The notes: generated by a model not told the origin, from the sequence alone. 64,000 nt of DNA from an uncultured Candidatus Saccharibacteria bacterium (GCA_964412585.1 CAYPPJ010000001.1:149334-213333); one strand, 5' to 3'; shown: positions 1-10,524, numbered from the stretch's first letter. Numbers and translations: made by a program.

Positions 1-653
1 CAGCTGCTGATCATATCGTGGGCAATCCAAATGCGGCCATACGCATTGTTGAATTTTCGGATCCGTCATGCCCATTTTGCAAGACATTTCATCCGACAAT
101 GAAAAAGATCATCGATGAATACGGCCCGACTGGAAAGGTTGCATGGGTCTATCGCTCTTTTCCTCTCGATAAACCTGATGCACAGGGACGTATTCTTCAT
201 CCAAATGCAGGACATGAGTCACAGGCATTTGAATGTGCAGCATCACTTGGGGGCAATGAGGTATTTTGGAAGTTTGCTAACCGTCTCTACGAGATCACCC
301 CTTCAGACAAAGGGCAGAGTCTCGACCAAAAAGAACTTCCCGTTATTGCAAAATTTGCTGGGCTTGATCCAGTTTCATTCAACGAATGTTTGACAAGCGG
401 ACGATTCGCAGAAAAAGTTGAGAAGCAATATCTTGATGGTGTAAACGCGGGCGTAGCCGGAACTCCAACAAATATTTTTGTTCTCTCAAATCCAGCTTCT
501 AAAAATATGGATGTGGTAATATCTGATTTGGCGGTTCAGCTTCAAGTACCGATTGCTATTTCCACTGACCGTATGCGCATCTTGATGAGTGGAGCGTTGC
601 CTGAAACGGCTATAAAGGCAGTGTTGGAGCCGTTGCTGATGGAAGTGAAGTAG
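1..653 (+). CDS. DsbA-like thiol:disulfide oxidoreductase (thioredoxin fold, CPFC active site); 5' end outside window
   Basis: The frame is open from nt 3 (AADHIVGNPNAAIRIVEFSDPSCPFC...). The CxxC motif in DsbA-type context is seen in the translation. The ORF track's GTG start at 18 is probably internal. Confidence 0.7.
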   Translation, partial: AADHIVGNPNAAIRIVEFSDPSCPFCKTFHPTMKKIIDEYGPTGKVAWVYRSFPLDKPDAQGRILHPNAGHESQAFECAASLGGNEVFWKFANRLYEITPSDKGQSLDQKELPVIAKFAGLDPVSFNECLTSGRFAEKVEKQYLDGVNAGVAGTPTNIFVLSNPASKNMDVVISDLAVQLQVPIAISTDRMRILMSGALPETAIKAVLEPLLMEVK

Positions 654-666
654 GATGTTTGACTCT

Positions 667-3597
667 CTACACTCCCCTCACCCCACACCACTCACACTTC
701 ATATCATCACATTTCGTACGCGCAATTTCTCCACTCCAAACTGAGTCAACAAGTGATTGAATCTCTTTTTTAACACGATCAATGTCAGTTTGCTCAATTG
801 GTAACGTGACAGTCGGACACCTTCCCTTGTCATCAGGAGACACGAAGACGAGTGCTGGAATGATTGACTTCGAACGCCAACGAACATCTGCACTCAACAG
901 CATCTTATAAAAAATAAGCTGACGGAAATAGTTGCCGCTGGAATCACTCTTGGTCTCCCCTTTTATAGCATTCACTGACATGGCCTGCTTTGTTTTGTAG
1001 TCAAACACATAGACCGTTGTTCCTGTATCTACAATCGCATCCAACTTTCCATGAAGTGGAATACGAATGGATTGTCCATTAAAGATTCCCGCGAATTCTG
1101 TTTCGACCCATGTCTCGGTATATACCTGCGCTTTTTCTCCTTGAATGAAATGAGACTCAAGTGCTGTAGCAACTGCAGGTGCGTCAGCAAGTAACTCTTT
1201 CAACGCTGAAACTTTCTCAGTGCTAGGCAAGAATGATGTTTCGAAATATTCTTTAATTTTTTCGATGAGAAGGTTTTCAATTTCCATGGCAGTTCGAGCT
1301 TTCGCATTCCAGATAGCATCAAAAGCCACGTGCATAGCTGTTCCCTTTTCCGCTGCAACAGAAGGAGCTTGTGGCAGTTTCAATATACTTTGATACAGAA
1401 ACGTGTTTGGGCATTCGAGGAAGTGATTGAGTGCTGTTACCGATAGTCCTTTTTTAAGAAGTGTGTTTTTGGTGATATCGATCAGCTTCGCGCCAATCAT
1501 ATCAGCCTCCGAGTGTTTGGAATTAGTACCACTTTGCACATGCACCTGATCTACCCCGACACGCGGTAATTCAACTCGTGTTACATGCTTCTCCTCCAAT
1601 TCATCAATGAATCGAAGTGGCTCCAACATTTTCCCATCTGACTCTTCCTTGGCAGTGAGGACTGTGACATGCTTTCGTCCACGAGTAAGGGCGACATAAA
1701 AGAGTCGGCGCACATCACGAATATCACTATCAGCCGTTCTCTTTTTTGGTAAGACAAATGATGCTCCTTTTGGACGACCTACCCATGATTCTTCGGTTGC
1801 ATACGGGATAAATACATAATCAAATTCTAACCCCTTACTTCCATGTGCCGTCATAGCTTGGATAGGAACATCTGGGGCGCCCACTGAAACCTTCACCGTA
1901 CGAGTTTCCGCAGATGTCCTATATGCCAACATATTCTTGATGAGTTCAGCTGGGTCTCGAAGGTCTCCTTCACGAGTAAGGGATTCTGCCAAAGAAATAA
2001 TGCCACGCCAGACATGGATATATGAGGGATTTCGTGCGATCAACGTCGTAAACCCTGATTCTTCAGCTGCATGGATAAGAAAGCCAATCGCACCATCATT
2101 GAGCATAGATCGCTGAATTTTGAGTAGGTTGCCGATCTCGACCGGCTGACCACTTCGCAACGATTTCACCACTTCTGTTCCTTTTTCAAATGGAATACTC
2201 CACATGCCAGCAATAACCGTACGTGCCAATGCGTCAGTCTTTGATGAATCAATAAGATATTCAATCAAATCAAAGAAAAGTCGACCAACGGGGTGACTGA
2301 ATATGTCCACGCTTCTTTCTGATGAAACAGGTATGTGGTGAGATTCAAGTAAGCGGATTACCCTATCCAAATCACGATTACGTCTGACGATAATAGCTAC
2401 TGTGGCCTTGGGTTCTTTTTCGATAAGCGCACGCAACTCATTCACGAGGTGTAATTCGATAGCCGACACATTTTCTCCAATAACAACCTCAACAGGACGC
2501 TGTTCGTCATCACTTCCAGATTTTAATTTTATTCGTAAATCTGTATGCTCACCTTCCTCGTAATTTTTTTCAATCATCCCAAAACTAGCATCGAGGATAC
2601 TTTGGTGCGAACGATAGTTGGTGTCCAGCGAGATAATCTTCATAGCGGGCCATTTCTTTTGCAATAAAAGGAAATTCTCCACTGATGCACCTTGGAAACG
2701 ATATATAGCCTGTTTTTCATCACCCACAATAAAAATATTTGGGGTGTCAAAGAATTCTGCGATCAATCCCACAATGAAGTTCTGGGCGTCATTGGTATCC
2801 TGATGTTCATCAACATGTAAATACAAGTAACGTTCTTGGATGAGACGCAAAAGTAATTCATCTTTACGTAAGGCCAAGAGTAATTCAATAATAAGATCAT
2901 TGAAATCCATCTTTTTGGCTTCAAGTTTCTTGGCCTCATACAATCGGTACACATCTGCAAATAACTTGGTGCGTTCACATTTCTCAATAGCTTCTTTTGC
3001 ATCCGCCTTCAACTGACCCTTTGTGGCACCGCGTGACGAAATTGAATTTTCGTCTGACTTAATTCGCGCAATTTCATCATCAGCAAACTGGCGAACCATC
3101 TCCGGCGTCAGCGCTTCTCTTTTTGAGTCATCAATACCTCGAATAATTCCCATCACATAGGCATCAGGTTTTCCCGCAGGTCTAATATCTGAAAATTTTG
3201 GATCAGAGATAATGGTACGAATAAGCGACTCCTGTTCAATATCAGTCATCTGTTTCAAATCACTCAAATGCAAGAAGTGATCCGGGTATTCAGCAATAAC
3301 CGAAGAAGCAAATCCATGGAATGTGCTGATACGAACATCGTGCGCTCGGTCGCCGATAATGCCTTGTAATTTCTGACGCATAGCTTTGACCCCTGCATCT
3401 GTGTAGGTGATTGCCAAAATACCATTTGCGGGCGTATCGGTGCGTTTGAGGATATTTGCTATGCGCAGCGTAAGGATTGTGGTTTTACCCGTTCCAGGGC
3501 CTGCAATGACCATAACAGGACCTTCGATAGCATCGACGGCCTCTTTTTGGGCCATATTGAGACGTTTGTATTGGAGATTGAAGACTGCGTCAGACAT
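667..3597 (-). CDS. UvrD/PcrA-family ATP-dependent DNA helicase fused to a C-terminal PD-(D/E)xK (Cas4/RecB-like, Cys-cluster) nuclease domain
   Basis: 976 aa. Walker A GPGTGKTT near the N-terminus with UvrD-like motifs. The C-terminus has a DYK nuclease motif plus C...CxxC cysteines (LECPNTF...CDDMKCEWCG). Confidence 0.8.
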   Translation of the reverse strand: MSDAVFNLQYKRLNMAQKEAVDAIEGPVMVIAGPGTGKTTILTLRIANILKRTDTPANGILAITYTDAGVKAMRQKLQGIIGDRAHDVRISTFHGFASSVIAEYPDHFLHLSDLKQMTDIEQESLIRTIISDPKFSDIRPAGKPDAYVMGIIRGIDDSKREALTPEMVRQFADDEIARIKSDENSISSRGATKGQLKADAKEAIEKCERTKLFADVYRLYEAKKLEAKKMDFNDLIIELLLALRKDELLLRLIQERYLYLHVDEHQDTNDAQNFIVGLIAEFFDTPNIFIVGDEKQAIYRFQGASVENFLLLQKKWPAMKIISLDTNYRSHQSILDASFGMIEKNYEEGEHTDLRIKLKSGSDDEQRPVEVVIGENVSAIELHLVNELRALIEKEPKATVAIIVRRNRDLDRVIRLLESHHIPVSSERSVDIFSHPVGRLFFDLIEYLIDSSKTDALARTVIAGMWSIPFEKGTEVVKSLRSGQPVEIGNLLKIQRSMLNDGAIGFLIHAAEESGFTTLIARNPSYIHVWRGIISLAESLTREGDLRDPAELIKNMLAYRTSAETRTVKVSVGAPDVPIQAMTAHGSKGLEFDYVFIPYATEESWVGRPKGASFVLPKKRTADSDIRDVRRLFYVALTRGRKHVTVLTAKEESDGKMLEPLRFIDELEEKHVTRVELPRVGVDQVHVQSGTNSKHSEADMIGAKLIDITKNTLLKKGLSVTALNHFLECPNTFLYQSILKLPQAPSVAAEKGTAMHVAFDAIWNAKARTAMEIENLLIEKIKEYFETSFLPSTEKVSALKELLADAPAVATALESHFIQGEKAQVYTETWVETEFAGIFNGQSIRIPLHGKLDAIVDTGTTVYVFDYKTKQAMSVNAIKGETKSDSSGNYFRQLIFYKMLLSADVRWRSKSIIPALVFVSPDDKGRCPTVTLPIEQTDIDRVKKEIQSLVDSVWSGEIARTKCDDMKCEWCGVRGV

Positions 3598-3716
3598 AAG
3601 TTGATTATACCTTACTGGGGCAATTTTTATATAAAAAAATCCCCCCTGATCCGTGCGGACCAGGAGGTACCCGATTTGTTGAGCGAAATACAGGGCGCAT
3701 CACTGCCCTGGTGACG

Positions 3717-4484
3717 TTAGGCCGTCACCGCTTGAATTTTCTTTCGAAAAACGACGAGGCCAAGCGAAGCAAGGCCGAGCGAGGCAAGGTTTGAGCCGTT
3801 GTCAGGGACGGAAGAGCTCTTCAGCCCGACGTTGATGTTATCAAATTCTTGAACGAAGCTCTCGCCCTTATTGTACGCCTGAGCGAACACTGTGCGGAAT
3901 TGGGAAGTTAAGGGTCCCAGCGTCGTGTCACTGTAAACCGAATTCCCATTCAGAACGTAGTCAACCGAGCTACCGTTGTAGCTGATATCAATGTCGTATT
4001 GCCCCGCAACTGCAGAGCCACCAAGATTGACCCAGCCAATGTCACTGTCCCAGACACGCAGCGTCGAGCCAATATAGCCGAGGATAAAATAATCAGCTCC
4101 GACTTCGGTCCCAACATTCCCAGTGCTGCCCCAAAGGTCCGAACGTTGTCCCCCGCTAATCTGGTCGGACGTCACAAAGAGTTGGCCGGTAAGTTGCCAA
4201 TTGCCGTTAACCAGCGCCTGATGTTGCCGCCCTTGAGTGTTGTAAAACGTACTATTGTACGCCGGCGGACGATTGGCCTGGCTATCCGCGCTGGAGATGG
4301 TAATCTGCAGACGCCCTCCGACAGAATTGAAGCCCGCAGGCTCATACCGATCAGTCACCCAACCAGCAGACGGTGGACCTGTGAAGGTGTCCGTAAACGG
4401 GACGGCAAAGGAGGAATTTGAAGGGTTAATAACCGCCACAGCAAGTGCCATGGCGCCGATAATACCGACGTTAACGTGTTTCAT
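3717..4484 (-). CDS. secreted protein with PEP-CTERM-like (VPDSG-type) C-terminal sorting signal
   Basis: N-terminal signal peptide. The C-terminus is ...SSSVPDNGSNLASLGLASLGLVVFRKK, i.e. a VPDxG motif, a hydrophobic helix and a basic tail. It is GC-rich relative to its neighbours. Confidence 0.6.
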   Translation of the reverse strand: MKHVNVGIIGAMALAVAVINPSNSSFAVPFTDTFTGPPSAGWVTDRYEPAGFNSVGGRLQITISSADSQANRPPAYNSTFYNTQGRQHQALVNGNWQLTGQLFVTSDQISGGQRSDLWGSTGNVGTEVGADYFILGYIGSTLRVWDSDIGWVNLGGSAVAGQYDIDISYNGSSVDYVLNGNSVYSDTTLGPLTSQFRTVFAQAYNKGESFVQEFDNINVGLKSSSVPDNGSNLASLGLASLGLVVFRKKIQAVTA

Positions 4485-4538
4485 TCAACTATTGGGTTTT
4501 GTTACTTACTGCACCTCTCTGGCGCAGATTCGCGACAA

Positions 4539-4567
4539 AATATAGCACGAAGTTATAAAATTGGCAA
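4539..4567 (-). promoter_or_regulatory. sigma70-like promoter (TTGCCA-N17-TATATT) for 3717..4484 gene
   Basis: Hexamers read on the minus strand, 55 nt upstream of the ATG. Confidence 0.35.
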
Positions 4568-4591
4568 GAATAAAGCCGCAATGGAGCGGCT
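4562..4591 (-). terminator. rho-independent terminator after rpoD
   Basis: AGCCGC-aatgga-GCGGCT hairpin followed by TTATTCTT on the minus strand, immediately downstream of the rpoD stop. Confidence 0.45.
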
Positions 4592-4626
4592 GTATTCAAT
4601 ATCTGCAACAAATGCACTAAATAACG

Positions 4627-5874
4627 TTAGTAGTTCTTGAGTCGATTGATCTTCTCGTGCTGACGAATCTTCTCATGAGCCTTGGCCTCAATCTGACGAA
4701 TACGTTCACGAGTAACACCAAACTCCTTCCCTACTTCTTCGAGCGTATGAGTAATGCCATCCATGAGCCCATGACGCATCTCAAGAATCTTGCGCTCCTT
4801 TTCTGAAAGATCATTGAGGATCATGTTGACCTGGTCACGAAGAATACGGCGTGAGGACTCCTGGTCTGGTGGAAGTATCTTGTCATCAGGGATAAAGTCC
4901 TGGAGAGTCGATTTACCATCATCACTATCATCACCAACGGGATTTTCGAGTGAGACGACATCCTGTTCGATCTTTTCAATCTGGTAAATCTTGTCGACAT
5001 CCATACCCATCTCAGTAGCGATCTCATCTGGCAATGGCTCACGTCCCAAATCATGTGAAAGACGGCGAACTACCTGTTTGTATTTTGCAATAGTTTCAAC
5101 CATGTGAACTGGAACACGAATAGTACGTGACTGATCGGCAAGCGCACGGGTAATAGCCTGACGAATCCACCACGTGGCATATGTCGAAAACTTGTATCCC
5201 TTGGTCCAGTCAAACTTATCTACGGCACGAAAAAGACCAAGGTTTCCTTCTTGGATAAGATCGAGAAGTGTGAGATCGGGACTGCGTCCAACATACTTCT
5301 TCGCAATAGAAACAACGAGACGGAGGTTGGCCTTTGCAAGAAGATTCTTTGCCTCGATATCTCCTGCCTGAATACGCTTTGCCAAATCTTTTTCGTCCGA
5401 AGCAGTAATAAGTGGGTACTGACCAATCTCTTTGAGGTACATCTGGATAGAATCGTACGCGGAGTCAGATGAGCTCGTACGAGAATAGTGGGTTGAAGGT
5501 TTCTTTGGAGTAAGATCCTCGATCTCGAGCAAACCTCCACCTTCAAGAACATCGACGTTTGCTGCGCCAAATTTGCTGTACAACTCATCGAGAAACATAA
5601 TGTCGTTCTCGATCTGTGGGAACTCCTTCATGATCTCATCATAGGTAATGAAACCGCGGTCACGACCCTTGTTGATGAGCTTATTGGCACGTACCTCAAA
5701 ATCCTTGGCCTTGTCTACTTTTGACATCGGCTTGCCTGATTTACCTACACTTTTACCTTTTGCTGCTGGTTTCGAAGTCTTGCCAGCTTTTGACTTAACA
5801 CGAAAAACCGCACGCTTTACTGGACGTCGGCTGGCTTTACCGGACTTTTTTGCCCCTTTTTTTGTTTTTCCCAT
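4627..5874 (-). CDS. rpoD: RNA polymerase sigma factor RpoD (primary sigma-70)
   Basis: Region 2 to 4 motifs are present ([51 protein letters not shown]). The N-terminus is Lys-rich. Confidence 0.9.
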   Translation of the reverse strand: MGKTKKGAKKSGKASRRPVKRAVFRVKSKAGKTSKPAAKGKSVGKSGKPMSKVDKAKDFEVRANKLINKGRDRGFITYDEIMKEFPQIENDIMFLDELYSKFGAANVDVLEGGGLLEIEDLTPKKPSTHYSRTSSSDSAYDSIQMYLKEIGQYPLITASDEKDLAKRIQAGDIEAKNLLAKANLRLVVSIAKKYVGRSPDLTLLDLIQEGNLGLFRAVDKFDWTKGYKFSTYATWWIRQAITRALADQSRTIRVPVHMVETIAKYKQVVRRLSHDLGREPLPDEIATEMGMDVDKIYQIEKIEQDVVSLENPVGDDSDDGKSTLQDFIPDDKILPPDQESSRRILRDQVNMILNDLSEKERKILEMRHGLMDGITHTLEEVGKEFGVTRERIRQIEAKAHEKIRQHEKINRLKNY

Positions 5875-5967
5875 ATGAGAGATTGGAGAAAAGGTTAATT
5901 GATACCTAATATAACCTAGAGATTGTAAGATATTTATTGATAACGCGCAAGTAGGCCGGTTTACGGT

Positions 5968-7797
5968 TTACAGCCTCTTTTTATGAGCAACCTCCGCTTT
6001 ACGTAAGGACAACACCTGGCATTTCTTTGCCAATTCAGTTACGCCCGCCATATTCCCTGCTTTCTCAGCCTGTTTAAGTTCTGACATGGTAGAAATAAGT
6101 TCGACACTAATCATGTCTTCTTCAAAATTGACAATAAGTTCCTTCATGTGCCTGTCCCATTCTTTCGCATCACTCCCAAAGACTGCTTCAGCCTCAAAAG
6201 CGAGGTCATTGATCATGGCTTCGACTTGAGCATGTAGTGCGGTATATGAATCACCGGCAATCTTTTGAATTTCGGCTCGGTAATTCTTTCCTTGATCTGG
6301 TGATGATTTTTCAATATGAAATAGAAGGCCAAAGAGACGACGTGAAATGAGGTCGAGTTGAATGGGGACTCCTCCGACAGCACTACCTCCCCCGGACACG
6401 CCGTCGACCTCTGCTGAGGTCGCGGCTGGTTCTCGGCCGCCTTCGCGGCCTCCGAAGCGTCCGGTTGAGGTAGTGCCTGCCGGAGTCGCCCCTCCAACTT
6501 GAGCCGCCTCAACTTTAACTTTCTTCAAGTCATCCCATACTGCCGCCTCAGATATATTCGTCTTGTCCGAAATCATTTTCACAAAATGTGCCTGATCCAT
6601 ACGACTATCAATGCGCGCCAAAAATGGAAATACACGCTCTCGAAGTCCACGGCCAATCTTTCGTGGATCTGGAATATCACGCATGACATTGCCAAGCTCA
6701 AATTCGATAATTGGTTTTGCCGCCCTCAACGCTTGTTTCCAATCTTCGGGATTGTGGAGCACCAAATCAGCTGGATCCTTGCCACCGACCAGGTCTGCAA
6801 TCTTCACATCCATACCCATCGAAAGCGCGATACCGGCGGCGCGCATCGCAGCTTTTCTACCCGCACTGTCGGAATCAAACGCGATAATGACATTGGGCGA
6901 CAGACGACGCACAAGACCGAGATTGCTGACTGCCCCACTTTCGCTAAAAGACTCATCGGTCAGTGCGGTACCTGAAGATGCAACAGTATTCTTGATACCC
7001 GCTTGATGTGACATGACCAAGTCCATTTGCCCTTCGACCATGATAGTGTAATTCATGCGACGAATGTCACTCTTTGCTTTATCGAGTCCATAGAGCACGA
7101 GAGATTTGTCATACAATGGAGTATCCGGGCTATTCAAGTATTTTGCTGATTTTCCGTCGTCTTTTAGTATGCGGCCTGAAAATGCAATAACACGGCCACT
7201 CGAATCTGATATGGGAAACATCACACGACCACGAAAACGATCGTAAAACTTACCATCATCTGTCTTCTTGCCCAGCCCCGCCTTTTCAATAAGCATGTCA
7301 GAGTATTTCTTGACTCTCAGATGATCAATGAGCGATTGCCACCCTTCGGGAGCCCAGCCAATGCGGAACTCTTGGCGTGTTGCATCATTAATGCCGCGTT
7401 TCTTCACATATTCTTTTACCTCCTTATTCTTCGTAAATTGATCCTCAAAAAAAAGTGCTGCGGCTTCCATGATCTCAAAAAGCCTATCTCGCTCGCCGTC
7501 CGCTTTTTTATCAAAAGTTAGTTGCACTCCCGCTCGTTCTGCCAACACTTTTAACGCTCCACGAAAATCAAGCCCCTCAAACTGCTCGACGAAAGTGAAA
7601 ATATCACCTTTCGCATTGCAGCCAAAACAGTAGTACCCACCACGATCCGGAGACACGAAAAAAGAAGGCGTCTTTTCATTATGGAAAGGACACTTGGCCT
7701 TGAAGGCATTGCCAGATTTTTCCAGCTTGAGATACTGACCAATCACTTCATTGACTGGTAGACGCTCTTTGATTTGTTCGACAATAGTCCTATTCAT
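5968..7797 (-). CDS. dnaG: DNA primase DnaG
   Basis: Zinc finger CPFHNEKTPSFFV...CFGC, TOPRIM region, and a C-terminal domain. It lies immediately upstream of rpoD in the classic operon order. Confidence 0.9.
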   Translation of the reverse strand: MNRTIVEQIKERLPVNEVIGQYLKLEKSGNAFKAKCPFHNEKTPSFFVSPDRGGYYCFGCNAKGDIFTFVEQFEGLDFRGALKVLAERAGVQLTFDKKADGERDRLFEIMEAAALFFEDQFTKNKEVKEYVKKRGINDATRQEFRIGWAPEGWQSLIDHLRVKKYSDMLIEKAGLGKKTDDGKFYDRFRGRVMFPISDSSGRVIAFSGRILKDDGKSAKYLNSPDTPLYDKSLVLYGLDKAKSDIRRMNYTIMVEGQMDLVMSHQAGIKNTVASSGTALTDESFSESGAVSNLGLVRRLSPNVIIAFDSDSAGRKAAMRAAGIALSMGMDVKIADLVGGKDPADLVLHNPEDWKQALRAAKPIIEFELGNVMRDIPDPRKIGRGLRERVFPFLARIDSRMDQAHFVKMISDKTNISEAAVWDDLKKVKVEAAQVGGATPAGTTSTGRFGGREGGREPAATSAEVDGVSGGGSAVGGVPIQLDLISRRLFGLLFHIEKSSPDQGKNYRAEIQKIAGDSYTALHAQVEAMINDLAFEAEAVFGSDAKEWDRHMKELIVNFEEDMISVELISTMSELKQAEKAGNMAGVTELAKKCQVLSLRKAEVAHKKRL

Positions 7798-7830
7798 AGG
7801 TGTATTATAGAGTATAGGCCCCTGGAAACA

Positions 7831-10524
7831 CTATTGACTCAAAAGTGAGTTTATGACTTGTATAGTTTTTGTATCCACAACACCAGTCCCCTGTGACACA
7901 CCTAACGGAACGAGTAGCTGCACTGGATGCGCCTCTTGAAAACGAATGACTGCAGCACGTGTTGCTGGACCAAAAAAATCTGTTTCATTACCAGAAGATC
8001 CGGGCCCTGAAAGGGCAACAAGAAAATTGTTACGATTCAAGAATTTTTGCAATACAAGTACATCTGGATGGCGAGAGCCTAGTGAAAGAAATGTCGAAAG
8101 TCGAACTTGTTGAATCGCGCCGGCTGGGCTTGTCGAACCTACTGTTGCACCTAAAATTGGCGTACAAATCATGTTAGCAGGACATCCTACAGCAACTACC
8201 GGTGAACGGAGCATATCAGCACGATAACGTGCAAGTGCAGCAGCTGTAATTGGCCCAAAATATCCTGTCGTATGATCAAAATCCATATACCCCTTTCCTG
8301 CAAGATACGTTTGCAATGCCAACACTTCTGAACCCCTCATGCCAACTCCTAATGCTGAATACTGATACGTAAAGCTCGTATTTAGTGATGGAACAATTGT
8401 GATTGGTATGCCTGGTACTGAGGCTGCCTTGAGAGATGTGGCAACATCAGCAGCATATTTCTTGACCGCAGCATCGGTAATAGGTCCAAAGTACCCCGTA
8501 ATACGGTCTGCACTCATGTATCCCTGTGACAGTAAAAATTTTTGAAGTCCCAGAACCGCGTCGTTCCTTGTACCAACCACCAAATGTGCATACGATGCTG
8601 GAATTTGAGGAAGTATTTTTCGAGGTTGAACAGTCGGCATTACTACTGTTGGTATCTGTACCGCTACGACTGGACTTGCCGCAGCCCCAGCACCACCACC
8701 CCCTCCGCCGCCTCCCCCGCCACCACCTCCGCCGCCAGAATTTGAAACTGAGGATGTTACCGCGTAGATAATGCTTGTCTGTGATGTGTTGCCAGCGTCG
8801 TCATAGGCAACGATCATATACCCATAGGTTGTAGCAGCTGCTAATCCCACGTGACTATAGGAAAGATCTGAAGGTGTCGTACTCAACAGATCCGACGGTA
8901 CGCATGATGCACCATTACATCCATACACTCGATATCCTGCGACACCACGTGAGTCAGTCGACGCTTCCCACGAAAGTCGTATATTACTACTTGAAAACGT
9001 ATTTGCTGAAAAGTTTTGAGGAACTGATGGCGCTGTAAGATCAAGTACCGCAACATTTGAGAGTGGAGATGAGTTTCCAGCAGCATCTCGAGAGATCAGA
9101 GCAAAATAATAAGTCTGAGTAAGCGCTGGTAAATTTATATTGTATACCTCAGGACTGCCTGAGACATACGGAACAGGTTGTAGTTGATTTGGCCCGTACC
9201 CTTCCAAAGGATTGGGCATGACCGTTATCAGCTTATCGCTCGAAAAAGTCAGGCTCGTAATTTCGGTTGATGTCGAATATCTGATTTCATATGCAGTTGA
9301 TGTCCCATAACTTCCATTATTGCCAGGTGCCGTCCATACCAGTGTCGTAGTACCTATATCTGAAAGCTGCGTCACTGACAAATCTGCAATTGTCGATGGT
9401 TTGGTGAGATCAACGAGTTCGATCGGAGTACTACTGTATGTCAGCTTGTATATCCCCGCATCTCCTACCGCGTACACTACTCCTGAATCATATGGGTCTG
9501 TCACAACTTTTTTTATTGCCACATCAGATAGATCTTTTTGGATGGGCAACCATTGGGGAATCTGTGGATCAGCATCAAGAATAGCCTCATTCGTCGTACG
9601 ATACACACCGCTTCCATAGACTGCAGCATAGGCGACATTTGAGTCAGTATAATCACTGGCAACAGTACGCACGGATCCTGATGGCAAGCCGGTACTCGAT
9701 GACGCAAAGTGTACACCACTATCATTACTCTTATATATTCCCTTGTCTGTTGCGATCCAGGCCAGGTTGCCAGACGCATGCAATACGCTGACATCATTGG
9801 TTGTAGTACCATTGGCGCTAAAAATGCGTGACCAGTTTTCATATGTACCTGAAGAAGACCTGAGCGCACTCGAGTACACATCATTGCCATTTGTTAGGGC
9901 AAAAATCTCGGCACTACCAAATGCAGTGGTGAGCTTCTTTGCGTATCCCGAAAGTCCAGTATTATCAGCTCTCCAATATGAACCAGTGGTAGTACTTATG
10001 AATACACCACTCGGTGTCGCTGCATATAGTGTGTTAAAACTGCCCTGGGTTGCTTGATATTGATCAATTGTAATGTCCAAAATAGAATTGTCACTCAAAC
10101 CGGTGCTCGTGGCAATCCATACGGGATCACTCAAGGTACTGGCGAAAATCCCGCCATCCGAAGTACCTGCAAATATATATGTCGAAGATGTGGTGGCATA
10201 CCGATCAGTGCCTGAATCATAGATCCATCCTATCGCAAGTGATGTCACATCTACATGCGGACCGAGGCCAGTGTTTACCTGGGTCCAGGATTGGCCACCA
10301 TTGATGCTTTTGAATACCCCGTGATCCGTTGCAAGATACAGAAATGAGCCGATGCCAGCAATTGTATTAAATTGATACCCTGATGCACCTGGTGGAGTGA
10401 TTGTCTCCCACTGATCGGTTGCCGCGCATACTGGCATGGCGGCTATGCACAATGCCCATAGTATGAGCATCGCAATGTAAGGGTTCGGATACCGAAAATA
10501 AGTCATGATGGATAATACAGACAC
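7831..10524 (-). CDS. large secreted surface protein: BNR/Asp-box-like repeats, FN3 domains, Gly15 linker, three C-terminal peptidoglycan-binding (PG_binding_1-like) repeats
   Basis: Signal peptide. Motifs seen in the translation: SINGGQSW, YKSNDSGVHF. FN3-like segments, then a Gly15 run, then three LxxxLxxxGY....G.FGP.T..A...YQ repeats. Confidence 0.7.
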   Translation of the reverse strand: MSVLSIMTYFRYPNPYIAMLILWALCIAAMPVCAATDQWETITPPGASGYQFNTIAGIGSFLYLATDHGVFKSINGGQSWTQVNTGLGPHVDVTSLAIGWIYDSGTDRYATTSSTYIFAGTSDGGIFASTLSDPVWIATSTGLSDNSILDITIDQYQATQGSFNTLYAATPSGVFISTTTGSYWRADNTGLSGYAKKLTTAFGSAEIFALTNGNDVYSSALRSSSGTYENWSRIFSANGTTTNDVSVLHASGNLAWIATDKGIYKSNDSGVHFASSSTGLPSGSVRTVASDYTDSNVAYAAVYGSGVYRTTNEAILDADPQIPQWLPIQKDLSDVAIKKVVTDPYDSGVVYAVGDAGIYKLTYSSTPIELVDLTKPSTIADLSVTQLSDIGTTTLVWTAPGNNGSYGTSTAYEIRYSTSTEITSLTFSSDKLITVMPNPLEGYGPNQLQPVPYVSGSPEVYNINLPALTQTYYFALISRDAAGNSSPLSNVAVLDLTAPSVPQNFSANTFSSSNIRLSWEASTDSRGVAGYRVYGCNGASCVPSDLLSTTPSDLSYSHVGLAAATTYGYMIVAYDDAGNTSQTSIIYAVTSSVSNSGGGGGGGGGGGGGGGAGAAASPVVAVQIPTVVMPTVQPRKILPQIPASYAHLVVGTRNDAVLGLQKFLLSQGYMSADRITGYFGPITDAAVKKYAADVATSLKAASVPGIPITIVPSLNTSFTYQYSALGVGMRGSEVLALQTYLAGKGYMDFDHTTGYFGPITAAALARYRADMLRSPVVAVGCPANMICTPILGATVGSTSPAGAIQQVRLSTFLSLGSRHPDVLVLQKFLNRNNFLVALSGPGSSGNETDFFGPATRAAVIRFQEAHPVQLLVPLGVSQGTGVVDTKTIQVINSLLSQ

